From Magallana gigas (Eukaryota): a stretch of 64,000 nucleotides of DNA. Location: NCBI RefSeq assembly GCF_963853765.1, contig NC_088861.1, positions 37,820,001 to 37,884,000 on the forward strand. Reading direction: 5' to 3'. The position numbers and the translations under genes were made by a program. The stretch's first letter is position 1, and every line of letters begins with the position of its first letter. Below, one piece after another: positions 46,086 through 57,711 of this stretch. A model generated the notes under the pieces. It worked only from the letters and a program-made list of their open reading frames with translations, made no database searches and had not been told where the DNA came from.

Positions 46086-49000
46086 TGTCATATTATAAGA
46101 AATATTCTATGTACGACTTGATTTGTTTATTGAGCATGCGCAGATAAAAGTTTAGAAAAGTTAGAAATGGCGTTATTTGTAATATGCTAAAAATCCGCTA
46201 GCATCCGTGGCTTAACCTACCATAACATGGTGTCAGAATTATAGTTACATAGTAAAATAATCGCAGAATGGATCTAGCAGGTATTCCGCAACCGCAGATG
46301 CAATGGGACGCATCAAACCCACTCGATGCGTGGAAGAAATTCAGACAACACGTTGAACTCATTTTTGAAGGACCTCTCGCTGAAAAAGAGGAGAAGCAGA
46401 AGATTCGATATTTACTTCTATGGGCAGGAGAAAAGGGCCGAGATGTTTACAATACTTGGACCCTCAGCGAAGATGAAGGTAAATCGCTAGAAGTACATTT
46501 CAAGAAATTTCAAGAATACGTACAGCCCAAGCATAACCCAGTCTTTTCGAGATATATTTTCAATAACGAGACACAAGGTGCACGACCAGTGGAGCAATAT
46601 ATTACCCGCTTGCGTCTGTTAGCTAAAGACTGTGCATTTGGTAGAGCAGAAGATGAAATGATTAGAGACCGCCTTGTATTTGGCACAAACTCAGCTAAGG
46701 TGAGAGAGAGATTGATCAACGAAGGGGCACAACTCACACTGGAGAAGGCAATCCAAATTGCTCAGAATTTTGAATACTCGCAGCAGCAGCTGAAGACGAT
46801 GGGGCCACCTGGAACAGATAATTCTACTATACCGAAGGATGTCAATGCAGTGACTCGTGGCAGACCTTATTCCAGGGGACGTGGCCGAGGAAACATTCGC
46901 GCTCACAGATCTACAGTACCGTCGCGCAGGAGAGGAACTTCTCATAGAGGACGAGACGATCACCGGGGACAAGACAACGCGTACGCGCATCAAGATAAGT
47001 GTCAGAACTGTGGTTTCGACCATCACAAAGATGTTCGATGTCCCGCAAAAGGAAAGCAGTGTACCAAATGCCGACGATGGAATCATTTCTCAAAAGTGTG
47101 CAAAAGTGTTTGTGAAATTCATGAATATAGTGGTGTAGATGAATATGATGATGTGTGTCAATCATTTGAAAATGTTGATGTAGATGATGATGTAGATGAT
47201 CATTATGATGGTTTCTTTATTGATTGTATTGCAAAATCATCTACAAGTGTCACAAATAGTGAAGCATTTGCTGAATTGAATGTATTGCATGCAGGGTCAA
47301 ACAGCACTGTAAATTGTAAACTAGACACAGGTTCACAAGTAAATGTACTCCCCATCAGTGTATATAGACGTATGCAAGTGTCATGCCCTCTCCGTCCGGC
47401 TCAAAATCTCTTGGGGTATGGGGGTTCCCCACTTAAGTCAGTAGGTGTTTGCAGTCTAGATATTGATTGCAAGGGTCAAAGGGTACAGACAGACTTTCAT
47501 GTCATTGATCCACAGGGGAAAAAGGCTCCGCCTATCTTGGGGTTACCATCATGTTTAAACTTAGGACTTGTAAAACTAGTTGACTCAGTTAATCTGACCC
47601 CACCTTCCAAGTCCCTTGATAAAGATCAAGTACTTGCCGAATACCGAGATATATTTACAGGTATAGGTCTGTTCCCAGGTGAAGTTAAAATTGAAGTTGA
47701 CCCAACTATACAACCAGTTATTCACCCACCCCGTAGGGTCCCGCACGTCATATCTAAAAAGCTTAAAGTAGAATTGGATAGGATGGAAAAGGTCAAGGTA
47801 ATTACAAAGGTCAAAGAACCAACCCAATGGGTTAATTCCCTGGTTATTGCTGAAAAACCTAACGGAACACTTAGAATTTGTTTAGACCCACGAGATCTAA
47901 ATAAGGCTATTCGTCGCCCACACTACCCCATGAGAACTCTCAATGATGTTCTTCCACAGCTCTCTAAAGCAAAGTACTTTACGAAACTAGATGCTCGTAG
48001 TGGCTATTGGACATTGAAACTCACAGAGGAGTCTAGCATGTTAACTACTTTCAATACCCCTTATGGCAGGTATAGATTTCTAAGACTTCCCTTTGGTCTG
48101 AAGTCATCACAAGATGAATTTCAACGCAAAATTGATGAATGCTTTGAAGATTTACCAGGTTTAGTTGCTATAGTTGACGATGTTCTTGTATATGGCAAGA
48201 CCAAAGCAGAACATGATACAAACTTGCGTGCAGTTCTGCAAAGATGCAGAGAGAAAGGCATAAAGCTTAATCCTGAAAAACTCGCTGTTTGTGAAACAGA
48301 AGTAGACTATTTTGGTCACATAATATCAGGTCAAGGTCTTAAGCCTGACCCCAAAAAGGTCAAAGCCATCAGCGAGATGCAGCCCCCTAAGAATCGCAGT
48401 GAGCTTGAGACTGTTTTAGGTATGATTACCTATTTAGCAAAATTTGCACCAAGCTTGTCAGAGGTAACTGCTCCCATGAGAATGCTATTATCGTCTAAGT
48501 CTGAATTTGTTTGGGATGCAGCCCAAGATGAAGCCTTCAACAAGGTCAAGTCCATTCTTACAAGGTCTCCAGGACCTATTCTTTCATATTTTGACCCCAG
48601 TAAAGACGTAGTGTTGCAAGTAGATGCTTCAAAGTATGGTCTAGGAGCTACATTATTGCAGGATGGCAAACCTGTTTGTTATGCATCAAAAGCACTGACT
48701 CCTAGTGAAGTAAATTATGCTCAGATAGAGAAAGAGATGTATGCTATTGTATTTGGGTGTAGTTATTTTCACCAGTACATTTATGGTAGAGATGTGACAG
48801 TTCAAACTGATCACAAGCCTTTGGTATCGATTATGCAAAAACCCATTCACTCAGCGCCAGCTAGGTTACAGCGCATGATATTACGACTTCAAAGGTATTC
48901 TATTCACCTTACACATGTTCCTGGTAAGAAAATTCCAGTAGCTGACACTTTGTCTCGAAAATACTTACCTGATACATGTCCATCTATTTCTGATGATCTT

Positions 49001-50773
49001 GAAGCCCAAGTTCACATGATATCTAGCACTATACCCATGAGTGACACATGTCTTGACAGAATCAGGTCAGAAACTGTTCAAGATTCTCAGTTAGTTACCT
49101 TAATGAGTACTATCCTTAATGGTTGGCCAGAGCACATGGCTCAGTGTCCACTCTCTGTAAGAGATTTCTGGAATTTTAGAGATGAATTGTCTGTTATAGA
49201 TCAGTTAGTCATGAAAGGGAATAGAATTGTCATTCCAAGGTCAATGCAATATGAGATGTTGCATAAACTTCACACAGGTCACCCAGGGGTAGAGAGAACC
49301 CTTAGACGGGCCCGAGACTCTATGTTTTGGCCTGGTATATCACAACAAGTACGTGATATGATTCTTACTTGCACTACATGCCTTACCCACCGCAACTCAA
49401 AACCTAGGGAACCTTTGAACGTGACAGAAGTACCTGAATACCCATGGCAAGTTGTTGCCACTGATCTTTTCACATGGGAAGATCAGGATTTTCTTGTAGT
49501 CGTAGATTATTACAGTCGATATTTTGAAATCTTTAAACTTCAAAACACAACTAGTCAGAGTGTTATCTCTAAATTACAAGAATCATTCTCTAGAAATGGT
49601 ATTCCAGAGAAAGTAGTATCGGATAATGGTCCACAATACTCTAGTCATGAATTTAGGGATTTTGCTCTACAGTGGAACTTTAACCACAGAACTTCTAGTC
49701 CCAGATATCCCCAGTCTAATGGACTCGCCGAACGAACTGTCCAAACTGCCAAACGTCTGTTGATAAAGTCTAAGAAAGATGGACACAACATATTTATGTC
49801 CCTCCTTGCTTACCGTTCAACACCCCTCAGTATTGGTCTTTCACCATCTCAATTACTTATGTCTAGAAGGTTACGATCAGACTTGCCTATACACCCCTCC
49901 TTGCTAAAACCTCATGTCCATGACCAGTTTGATGTCAAACACTCCATGATAAGTGATAAGATGAAATCAAAACAAAATTATGACAAGAGATCAAAATTAT
50001 CACCACCTTTGGATAAGGGAGATAGTGTTAGAGTTCAGCTAAATTCCAAGACATGGACCCCAGCAATTGTCTTAGAACCTCACAATGATAGATCATATAT
50101 TGTTAAAACACATAATGGCTCTGTCTATAGGAGAAATAGAAGACAAATCTTTAGGTCCAGGGAAAAGGCAGAAAGTGATATTGAAACCCCTAACCTATCA
50201 ATAATATCCCCACAGCCTATTACTCAACCTGAACCAAAGCCTGAGACATTTGACCCAGACATTGTCCAACCCATGTCTACTACCTCTAACACATTAGGTG
50301 ACCAGCCCAACCTTGCCTCCCCTAAACCAGTACAAAATGACAAGCAATATGTTACCAGATCAGGCAGGATTGTTAAACCAAAACAGATACTGAATCTTTG
50401 AATACTCTGTTGTCTTTAATTAGAAATTATATATATCATATCAGCCATTATATTAACAATGATGAAGTGTAATTTAGACATTTGATACAATCTACTGTCA
50501 ATATATTTACAAACCAATATGTGCCATTTTGGCTTTTCAGTTAATTGTCATTATTTGTGTACAATATAATTAATACATCAAATTTATTGTGTAGTTAAAG
50601 TTAATTTCCAATTCCTTTGAAAAAAGGGAGATGTCATATTATAAGAAATATTCTATGTACGACTTGATTTGTTTATTGAGCATGCGCAGATAAAAGTTTA
50701 GAAAAGTTAGAAATGGCGTTATTTGTAATATGCTAAAAATCCGCTAGCATCCGTGGCTTAACCTACCATAACA
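46086..50773 (+). mobile_element. Intact Ty3/Gypsy LTR retrotransposon, Mag lineage, Steamer-like
   Basis: Identical 142-bp LTRs (46086-46227, 50632-50773); 5-bp TSD CCTGT; tRNA-Leu PBS TGGTGTCAGAA at 46228; PPT GAAAAAAGGGAGA at 50619-50631; single uninterrupted ORF. Confidence 0.97.
46268..50401 (+). CDS. Gag-Pol polyprotein, 1377 aa, intact
   Basis: Mag-type Gag with two knuckles (CQNCGFDH...C, CTKCRRWNHFSKVC), protease KLDTGS, RT IVDD, RNase H QVDAS...TDH, integrase HTGH...CTTC and ATD...SDNG...AERTVQT. Confidence 0.96.
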   Translation: MDLAGIPQPQMQWDASNPLDAWKKFRQHVELIFEGPLAEKEEKQKIRYLLLWAGEKGRDVYNTWTLSEDEGKSLEVHFKKFQEYVQPKHNPVFSRYIFNNETQGARPVEQYITRLRLLAKDCAFGRAEDEMIRDRLVFGTNSAKVRERLINEGAQLTLEKAIQIAQNFEYSQQQLKTMGPPGTDNSTIPKDVNAVTRGRPYSRGRGRGNIRAHRSTVPSRRRGTSHRGRDDHRGQDNAYAHQDKCQNCGFDHHKDVRCPAKGKQCTKCRRWNHFSKVCKSVCEIHEYSGVDEYDDVCQSFENVDVDDDVDDHYDGFFIDCIAKSSTSVTNSEAFAELNVLHAGSNSTVNCKLDTGSQVNVLPISVYRRMQVSCPLRPAQNLLGYGGSPLKSVGVCSLDIDCKGQRVQTDFHVIDPQGKKAPPILGLPSCLNLGLVKLVDSVNLTPPSKSLDKDQVLAEYRDIFTGIGLFPGEVKIEVDPTIQPVIHPPRRVPHVISKKLKVELDRMEKVKVITKVKEPTQWVNSLVIAEKPNGTLRICLDPRDLNKAIRRPHYPMRTLNDVLPQLSKAKYFTKLDARSGYWTLKLTEESSMLTTFNTPYGRYRFLRLPFGLKSSQDEFQRKIDECFEDLPGLVAIVDDVLVYGKTKAEHDTNLRAVLQRCREKGIKLNPEKLAVCETEVDYFGHIISGQGLKPDPKKVKAISEMQPPKNRSELETVLGMITYLAKFAPSLSEVTAPMRMLLSSKSEFVWDAAQDEAFNKVKSILTRSPGPILSYFDPSKDVVLQVDASKYGLGATLLQDGKPVCYASKALTPSEVNYAQIEKEMYAIVFGCSYFHQYIYGRDVTVQTDHKPLVSIMQKPIHSAPARLQRMILRLQRYSIHLTHVPGKKIPVADTLSRKYLPDTCPSISDDLEAQVHMISSTIPMSDTCLDRIRSETVQDSQLVTLMSTILNGWPEHMAQCPLSVRDFWNFRDELSVIDQLVMKGNRIVIPRSMQYEMLHKLHTGHPGVERTLRRARDSMFWPGISQQVRDMILTCTTCLTHRNSKPREPLNVTEVPEYPWQVVATDLFTWEDQDFLVVVDYYSRYFEIFKLQNTTSQSVISKLQESFSRNGIPEKVVSDNGPQYSSHEFRDFALQWNFNHRTSSPRYPQSNGLAERTVQTAKRLLIKSKKDGHNIFMSLLAYRSTPLSIGLSPSQLLMSRRLRSDLPIHPSLLKPHVHDQFDVKHSMISDKMKSKQNYDKRSKLSPPLDKGDSVRVQLNSKTWTPAIVLEPHNDRSYIVKTHNGSVYRRNRRQIFRSREKAESDIETPNLSIISPQPITQPEPKPETFDPDIVQPMSTTSNTLGDQPNLASPKPVQNDKQYVTRSGRIVKPKQILNL

Positions 50774-51370
50774 CCTGTGTCCATATGAAAAAAAAAAAAT
50801 CAGACCGGGGGCTACAGACCTGAATCTAAGACTTATGACCTTTTGTAAAAGGTTTGTTTTTAAAAAATTTCTCTTAACTGCATTGATTTATTTGGCCTTA
50901 AAATGTATTGCACTTTACATTTTTAAAGTGTTGAACTCCATGGTGTTTCTGCCTGTGCAGAAGTAAAACCACAAGCATGAACAAATTGTACACCCGAAAA
51001 ACCACACAAAATTTAATGAATAAATATAAATTGTACACCCGAAAAAAAACATTAATATGTGTGTGGCTTCGTAAAAAGAAAGTTCCAATATATACATGTA
51101 TGCACACCATCTAAAACCAACAACTATGTAACGACCATTTTGGAAAAAATGAGCTTATTAGTATATGACCGAGAACGGAGAAATTCAGGGCTTAATAAAG
51201 TTAAAATTGTCTTTAAAAAACTCCACAAGTCATGTCTTCCTACAAATTCACTACATGTCTGTTATTTTAAACATATATTATCTATACAAGAATGGATCTC
51301 AAGGTTACATTGCGCAGGCCCAGGTTACACTCCGGTAAAGGGATCTTGTTATCTCAGACGAACAACCAAC

Positions 51371-54300
51371 ATGGCCGCCGTGTTTCTGTGTCTTCTGCTG
51401 AGTTTGACTGCAACGTTGGCAGTGCGACGACAGGCCAATTTAGAAGGTAAAAGGAGCCCCTTAAAATGGAATATAAAAGCTTGCATAAACTTTTAATTTA
51501 TTTCTAGCTGTTGTCCGTGGGATTAACTGACCACAGGCAAAAATACACATATATCAACTATTAAAAATATATTGGATATTGTTTTAAAAGAAAATGTTGT
51601 TTAACTAACTATTGTGTAACCTGTATGATTTATACAGGAAACTATACGTATAAAAATAGGAACTAGTAAAGTATTGAAGATATCGAAATCAAGTGCAACA
51701 TGAAAGTACTTCAAATTGGTAAAAATGTCAATGAACAGAACTCTGGAATCTTATCATAACCCCCTTTTTTTCTAGCGTTTTAAATCACTTTCTTCGGTAA
51801 ATTCATGCATAATCAGACATAAATATGTAACGAGTATTTCGAAAATTTCCTGTTTGTCTTGGTTATCAAACGGCACTCAATAGATCAGAATATTGCCCCA
51901 AGGCGGCTCACTACACCGGGAAATATTTTCTCAAATCAGCAGAAAATTACTTGATTATGATAGATATCATGATGAATAAGAAGTATTCAAGTCTAATATG
52001 CAAACAATGTGCAAAAAGCTGAAAAATTACATTTTCAAAAGTTTAATAAGTTAAAATGAACAAAAGCTCCAGGTGGATTCGAACATATGATCTGCGGTTC
52101 AGAAGCCCAATACTTTAACCACTGAGCTACGACGATATACAGCCGAATTGAACGATTAAAATAGTTTAACAAAACATTTAAATCGCCATCTTGTGACGTA
52201 GTGTCTTAAAAAGTATAAGTGTAGGTGTAGTGAGGTACCTTAAACGTTGAATATTTGGTTGAGGTACTGTTTGAGTAGTCAGTCAAGATAGATACAGTTT
52301 ATACTCTACAGACCAATATTTATCAGCTAAAAGGGTCACACAAAGATTGTCTCTTTCTTGTAGACATCAGTTAACATAATGATCATTTGCATGACAAATG
52401 TACTTTAACAATAAATCAAGTACCAATTCCCTAGAACGGTATTGAAGGCTCAGTCCCACTATTTTCTAAAATGACTGTCTGATCGAATATCTTGGGAAAT
52501 AAAACTTGACTTATTGCGTGGACCCTGAGGTCCACGCAGAAAATATATAAGCGAGGTTAAACCGGATGCTATGGGGAAAATTCAGCCTGCGCATGAGCTA
52601 ACCTGGTTCCTGTGCGTAGTGGGTAGCTCAGGGAACCAGGCTAGCACACGTTTATCTGAATCGGGTCCGGGATTCCGTGCCATATGCACACATAAGTTCA
52701 AAGGCGCTGTAATTGTAAAGTTGTCGGTAAACAGTACAGAAACAAAGTATTCCTTTTAAAGAAATGATTGGCATGTGATATGAATTATCAGTATTATGAG
52801 ATAAGTTAATGTTATGCCGAAACTACAACATGCATCAAATAGCATAATTTGCAATGTTTTGTTGTTTTCCGAATACACATGTAACTTAACTTTACTTTTA
52901 TAGTAGGCGAGGCTAGAGAACTTCCCGATTAAATTTTTGTTAAGCATTTAAGTATTATTGAATAATTATGTCATTGTGTAAAAGTTTAAATCTCAAGAAA
53001 AATGCATCAAAATATGAAATTTTTAATTTACACAAAGCTGTCACTGCATAGTTAACAAAGTAGTGCGAATCGTAATGTGTGCGCAAATAGTAGAATTCAC
53101 CGAATGCCTGATACTGTACATGCAAACTTCAATCATAGATAGATCATAATTATTTTAGAAGTATGAACCCTTAAAATTCTGAGATAAAAAGTCAGGGCTA
53201 TACATACATGTATACGTAAAACAACGTACAAATTTAGTGGTTAAAGGCAGAGGGCTAGAGTCGGTGGAATCTCTGATAATCTTAAGGCTTTCACGTTTTC
53301 GTTTGAAACACATGCAAATTGTCCACGTATTGTAGTCCTTTTTTAAAGGACAGCAACTTGTTATATTAATATATTTAACATGACGCTGTAAATTCAAACA
53401 ATCCCATTTTGCAGTGCCTGCCTTTTCTGCTGGAAAGCTTGTCGCCAATGTCCACGAACCTCAACTCACCGACGCTTCCGGTTTGGCAGCAAGCCAGAAA
53501 TTCAAAGACGTCATATACACTCACAATGATGGCGCCGGCGGGCCTTACATATACGCCATTAACGCCACGACAGGGGAGGTAATTTCTACAATGGAGATTG
53601 CCATGGCGACCAACCACGACTGGGAGGATATAGCGGTGGGTCCGTGTGGCGAGAATAGCTGCATATACATCGCTGACTCCGGCTATAGGGGCGGCTCCTC
53701 GGCCAACACCATCTACAGAGTACAGGAACCAGCCACACTCAGCCCCAGCCTAACACTGGCCATCGATTCAACGGCAACATACACGTAATTATTTTGGGGT
53801 TTTTTGTTAATAGGTACATGTACATGTATCGATCAGCAATATTTTATTCAAGTAGCTGTTAAAGGGGCATGGTCACGATTTTGGTCATATTTTTTTTTTC
53901 TGTTTTTATTATTTACAATGCTTAATGAATGCATTTCTAATCATCAAATGAAATTTGGGTGCCCGTCGATGAGTTTTAAGCAAGATACAAGGCTCACATA
54001 GTTCGTCATGTAAACAAGGCTCGTGCCCTGGTTTTGTTTACATAGGTTCAATATACCAGTACAACATCTTTTTCAAGATGATTTGTCTATACTCTTATTC
54101 ATTTTAAGCATAAATGAACAGTTCCTAACGATTAACACATTCATTTTTGGTCTAAAACTGGAATTTTCACTTCAACGTTCTAAATCTAAACAAAAGCTTT
54201 GTACACATAGCGAGGAATTGTAAGCTCTGTAACTCGCTTATATCTCAACAAATGACACTAAAATTTTGGTTGCCAATTAAAAATGCCTTACTGAAGCATT

Positions 54301-55339
54301 CTAAACTTGAAAATTGAAAAAATAATTTTTGACCAAAATCGTGACCATGCTCCTTTAACGCATTTGATGACGGCGACTGATTTTGAAACGGTGGCCCCTG
54401 TTTCGAGTTCTGTCTGTCGCTCTCGCTGTACATGTAACATTGTAACCTTGGGCAAGATTATGAGGGTGATTTTACTCTACTTGTGCTTGTGCACTCTGAC
54501 TCTCACCACCCAGAGGTTAATATGGGTACCCGGTACACGAGACTATCTGAATAAAAAAAAAAAAAACCAAAACATTAGCATCATAATTTGGCAGCTCTGC
54601 TAGTATGTAGGTTGTTATGAATTGTAGTCGTGCGAGGCAATTTACTTTACCAGAAAGACTATAAACCTCTTCCTTTACCTTTGCTTTATGATTTTACTAA
54701 ACAAATGATAACTTCTGCCACTGATATGCATATATTGAGGGACCGTATACGCGAAAAAGCTTTAAACAATCTAAAACAAGCGTCAGTTACTTTAGCAAAA
54801 AAGATTTTTCGAATTTTTTCTATGAATTTAGGAAACAATATTCATTTGATAAGTGGTTAAAAGGATTTGTTTTCATATTCAGTTGGTCTGAGGACGAGTC
54901 CCAAACGTTAATGGTTGATCCAAACGGAGAGGTTTATCTGATCGGGGTCATCTACAGCGGGCGTGGGATGGTCTCCCACCTCCCTGCTAGCGCCTGGGGA
55001 TCATCCACCCCCGCCAATATCGAAACGACCCAGTTTCTGCCGATCCACACCCACCACCACGACCCCGTGTCTGGGGACGTCTCAAGGGACGGTACTGAAC
55101 TCCTCATCAAATCCAAGTCCAACATCTTTTACTGGAAAATCGAAAACGGCGACGTCTTGACGTCTCTCACAAAACCCCCTGTGGAAGTACCCTACCATCC
55201 CACTGGTCTTGGAGAAGCCATCTGCTGGAGTGCTGACGGTCAGAGCTACTACACCTTACCCGAGGGACACTACCCCGCTCTCTATGTGTACTCTAGACTC
55301 GGAGGGGGTCACGGATCATCCAGCGTGATTGGAAAATAA
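51371..55339 (+). CDS. Secreted 300-aa protein with beta-propeller-like repeats resembling a bacterial family; exons 51371-51446, 53415-53784, 54883-55339
   Basis: Signal peptide MAAVFLCLLLSLTATLA. Motifs SGLAAS, THNDG, NHDWEDIAVG, IYIADSG, LMVDPNG, GDVSRDG, GEAICWSADG. Phase 1 and phase 2 GT-AG introns join in frame (903 nt). Confidence 0.85.
51901..52240. mobile_element. TIR element (possibly Kolobok-like) carrying a tRNA-derived segment at about 52066-52133 (-)
   Basis: aggcggctcactacacc versus the reverse complement of ggtgtagtgaggtacct; the right end runs into TTAA. Internal agctcagtggttaaag and gttcgaatcc resemble A and B boxes. Confidence 0.65.
52515..52645. repeat. Two small hairpins: perfect 10-bp stem (52515-52538) and gctaacctggttcc...ggaaccaggctagc (52597-52645)
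   Basis: Direct reading. Probably transposon end remnants. Confidence 0.6.
53863..54354. mobile_element. MITE with TTAA TSD (Kolobok/piggyBac-type target)
   Basis: aggggcatggtcacgattttggtca and tgaccaaaatcgtgaccatgctcct, both flanked by ttaa. Confidence 0.85.
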
Positions 55340-56834
55340 ACTGTAGTATTCACATTGAACCGGTAGATAAACAATCTTTGGCAATCGGTACGATTTTATA
55401 CACGGACAATGGACACGTATTATAAACCCATTTTAGTGTTTATTTTTACCATTACTCTAAAATCTAATAAAAATTGTGAATTCAATTTTAGTTGTCTCAT
55501 ATATACTGTTTAATTACTTTTGATTCTTTAAGTTATACCACGTAATCGTAGAGGCTTTTTTTCACAATACTAAGTGCCTTTTCGATCTTTAGGATCAATA
55601 CTCTATTATCTAAAACGGCAAGGGGCAAAAACACTTTCTAATTTTAATACAAATTGTTTCCGTATTAAAAAAAACAACATACAACTATGGTCTGGATGTT
55701 TACATTGGACACGGACAGAATATTTCTAATTACTGTGCAAGTCTTGAAAAAAAATTGCAGCAATTCATTTATCATAAAAGAAGAAAAGTACGAGACGAGT
55801 TTAAATTTTTCACTGCGCATTTGAAGGGAATGCAGCGAATTGAATTTTCTCCTAAAAATCAATTTCAATAAATAATTATATACCTTTAAATGATCAACTA
55901 CCTCAAAAGTCATTGGAAATCAGATATGCTTCGAGATAGCAAGATCATTAACCTTTACGTGATTTTTGTGTGTTTTCTTGTTTTTTTTAATACATTGAAT
56001 GCACATATAGCTTATTGCATACATAGTGTGATTTATTAGATATCTTAAATACATGTATGATAAGGGCTTGTATCGATAATAGCTATGTTTCCTACTGCCA
56101 TAAACATTTATTTTAATAATCTTTAAAGAAAAAGTAAGTAATCAAAACTCAAATGTGTAAAGTCTCTCTCTACTTCGACTACATTTTGGAAGCTTTACAA
56201 ATTTGATAATAGAAACAAAGAAATCAATCAATTTGAAAATAAGATCATGGCAAGTGACATATCAGTAACTTACTGCTCTGAGTACGTATAGGAATAATTT
56301 GTCGGGTAAAAGCCCCGACAGGGCATTGAGCAATGCATCGCTGTTTTAAGAAAAAAGAAACAGCGGTCTTCAAAACCACACACGAAAAGGCATTATGCAA
56401 TGTGTTAGTGATTGGTAAGGGTGCTTTACATACCCTGGTGATTTATATTTTGTATGTATATTAGTTTAAGGGCAACAATCAAGGGAGTCAGATATCGATG
56501 ATCTCGTAACTTAAAAGAAGTTTTCCTAATCCCATTCATTTACTAGTAGTCTATTAAATATTTTCAACCTAGGGGCAAGTTGTTGAGATAAACAAAAATG
56601 TAAGAAACAATTTCACCTCCTCCATCATTCAAAAACGGTCAAGCACGAATGACATTAGATGAGAAAATATGTAAATTAATAGATTACTTTTATTAGAAAA
56701 ATGTCGAACAAAATTATAATTCACGACTTTGAATAATTTGAAATACTAGCTGCAATTGTAAGATAACGATATAGCCGCCAGTATGCCAAGAGAATCGACA
56801 GATGGCGCTTTTGTGTCCAATCCCTGTATGAACA

Positions 56835-57711
56835 ATGGCCGCTAAAACAGTCTTTAATTTCGTTGGAATTTTGCTCTTTGTAGGTATACAGGCCCAGGTA
56901 AGTATTGTATACGACGTTTTCTCAAATTCTAAAATCAATATTAGTGCTTTGATTGAAATTACAGGTAGTGTAACGATCAATTACTTAATATTATTGAAAT
57001 GTTTTTTATGGAACAATGCTTTCAATTATTTTCAAAATGTTGTGCTATGATGTACACAATGAAAACAATCGTACCAGGTCTTATTTTATGTATAATGAAA
57101 GTTTAATCATATTTACAACCTATTTATACCACAAATTAGCTGACCTATAGATGTACGTCATTCGCCGCGTATGATTGACCTGCCTTTATCACTCTTACAA
57201 TAATATGACCTTGCCCCTTGACAATTGTAACAGTACTGATTTCATGTTATATTAGAAAAACTCCCAAATAATGTAAAAGAATATATAAATATCTATAAAA
57301 TATTTAAAATAAAAAAAATTTAGATATTGCAAGTTTTAGCATTTCTTTTTATTCTACAAGAATATCAATAAATGCACATGCAAGTTTAGGACAAATTTCT
57401 TTCAGGACAATATTCGATGTGATATGAGTGACCGATATGGTACATGCGATTCAGGGTTTTGCTGCGTTCGAGACCAATTCCTAGCATCTTATGTTTACTG
57501 TAAACGGATACCAACAGAAACCCACCATTGCATCACCGTACAGTCAGAATCCGAGTGCGCATGCGCCAGCGGCCTAAAGTGTAAACCGAACATCAATGTC
57601 CCTACTTACACTTCCGTCTATGGTACATGCAAAGCAGACGTCGACGAAAATTTCCCTCCTAGTACACTTCCCACCAGTACTCAACACAAACACACGCATG
57701 CGCAGCATTAG
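56835..57711 (+). CDS. Secreted prokineticin/astakine-like (colipase-fold) peptide, 122 aa; exons 56835-56897, 57406-57711
   Basis: 21-aa signal exon, phase-0 intron, ten Cys spaced C-x8-C-x4-CC-x11-C-x9-C-x8-C-x-C-x5-C-x15-C. The x4-CC-x11-C-x9-C and C-x-C-x5-C blocks match prokineticins. Confidence 0.8.

Noticed and set aside
46510-49473. Antisense and alternative-frame ORFs inside the Steamer-like gag-pol, and likewise 9335-13687 in element 1
   Set aside because: Shadow ORFs of long coding sequences, with no motifs.
51371-55339. Bacterial contamination as the source of the bacterial-like gene
   Set aside because: It has in-phase spliceosomal introns containing host-type MITEs and is continuous with host sequence.
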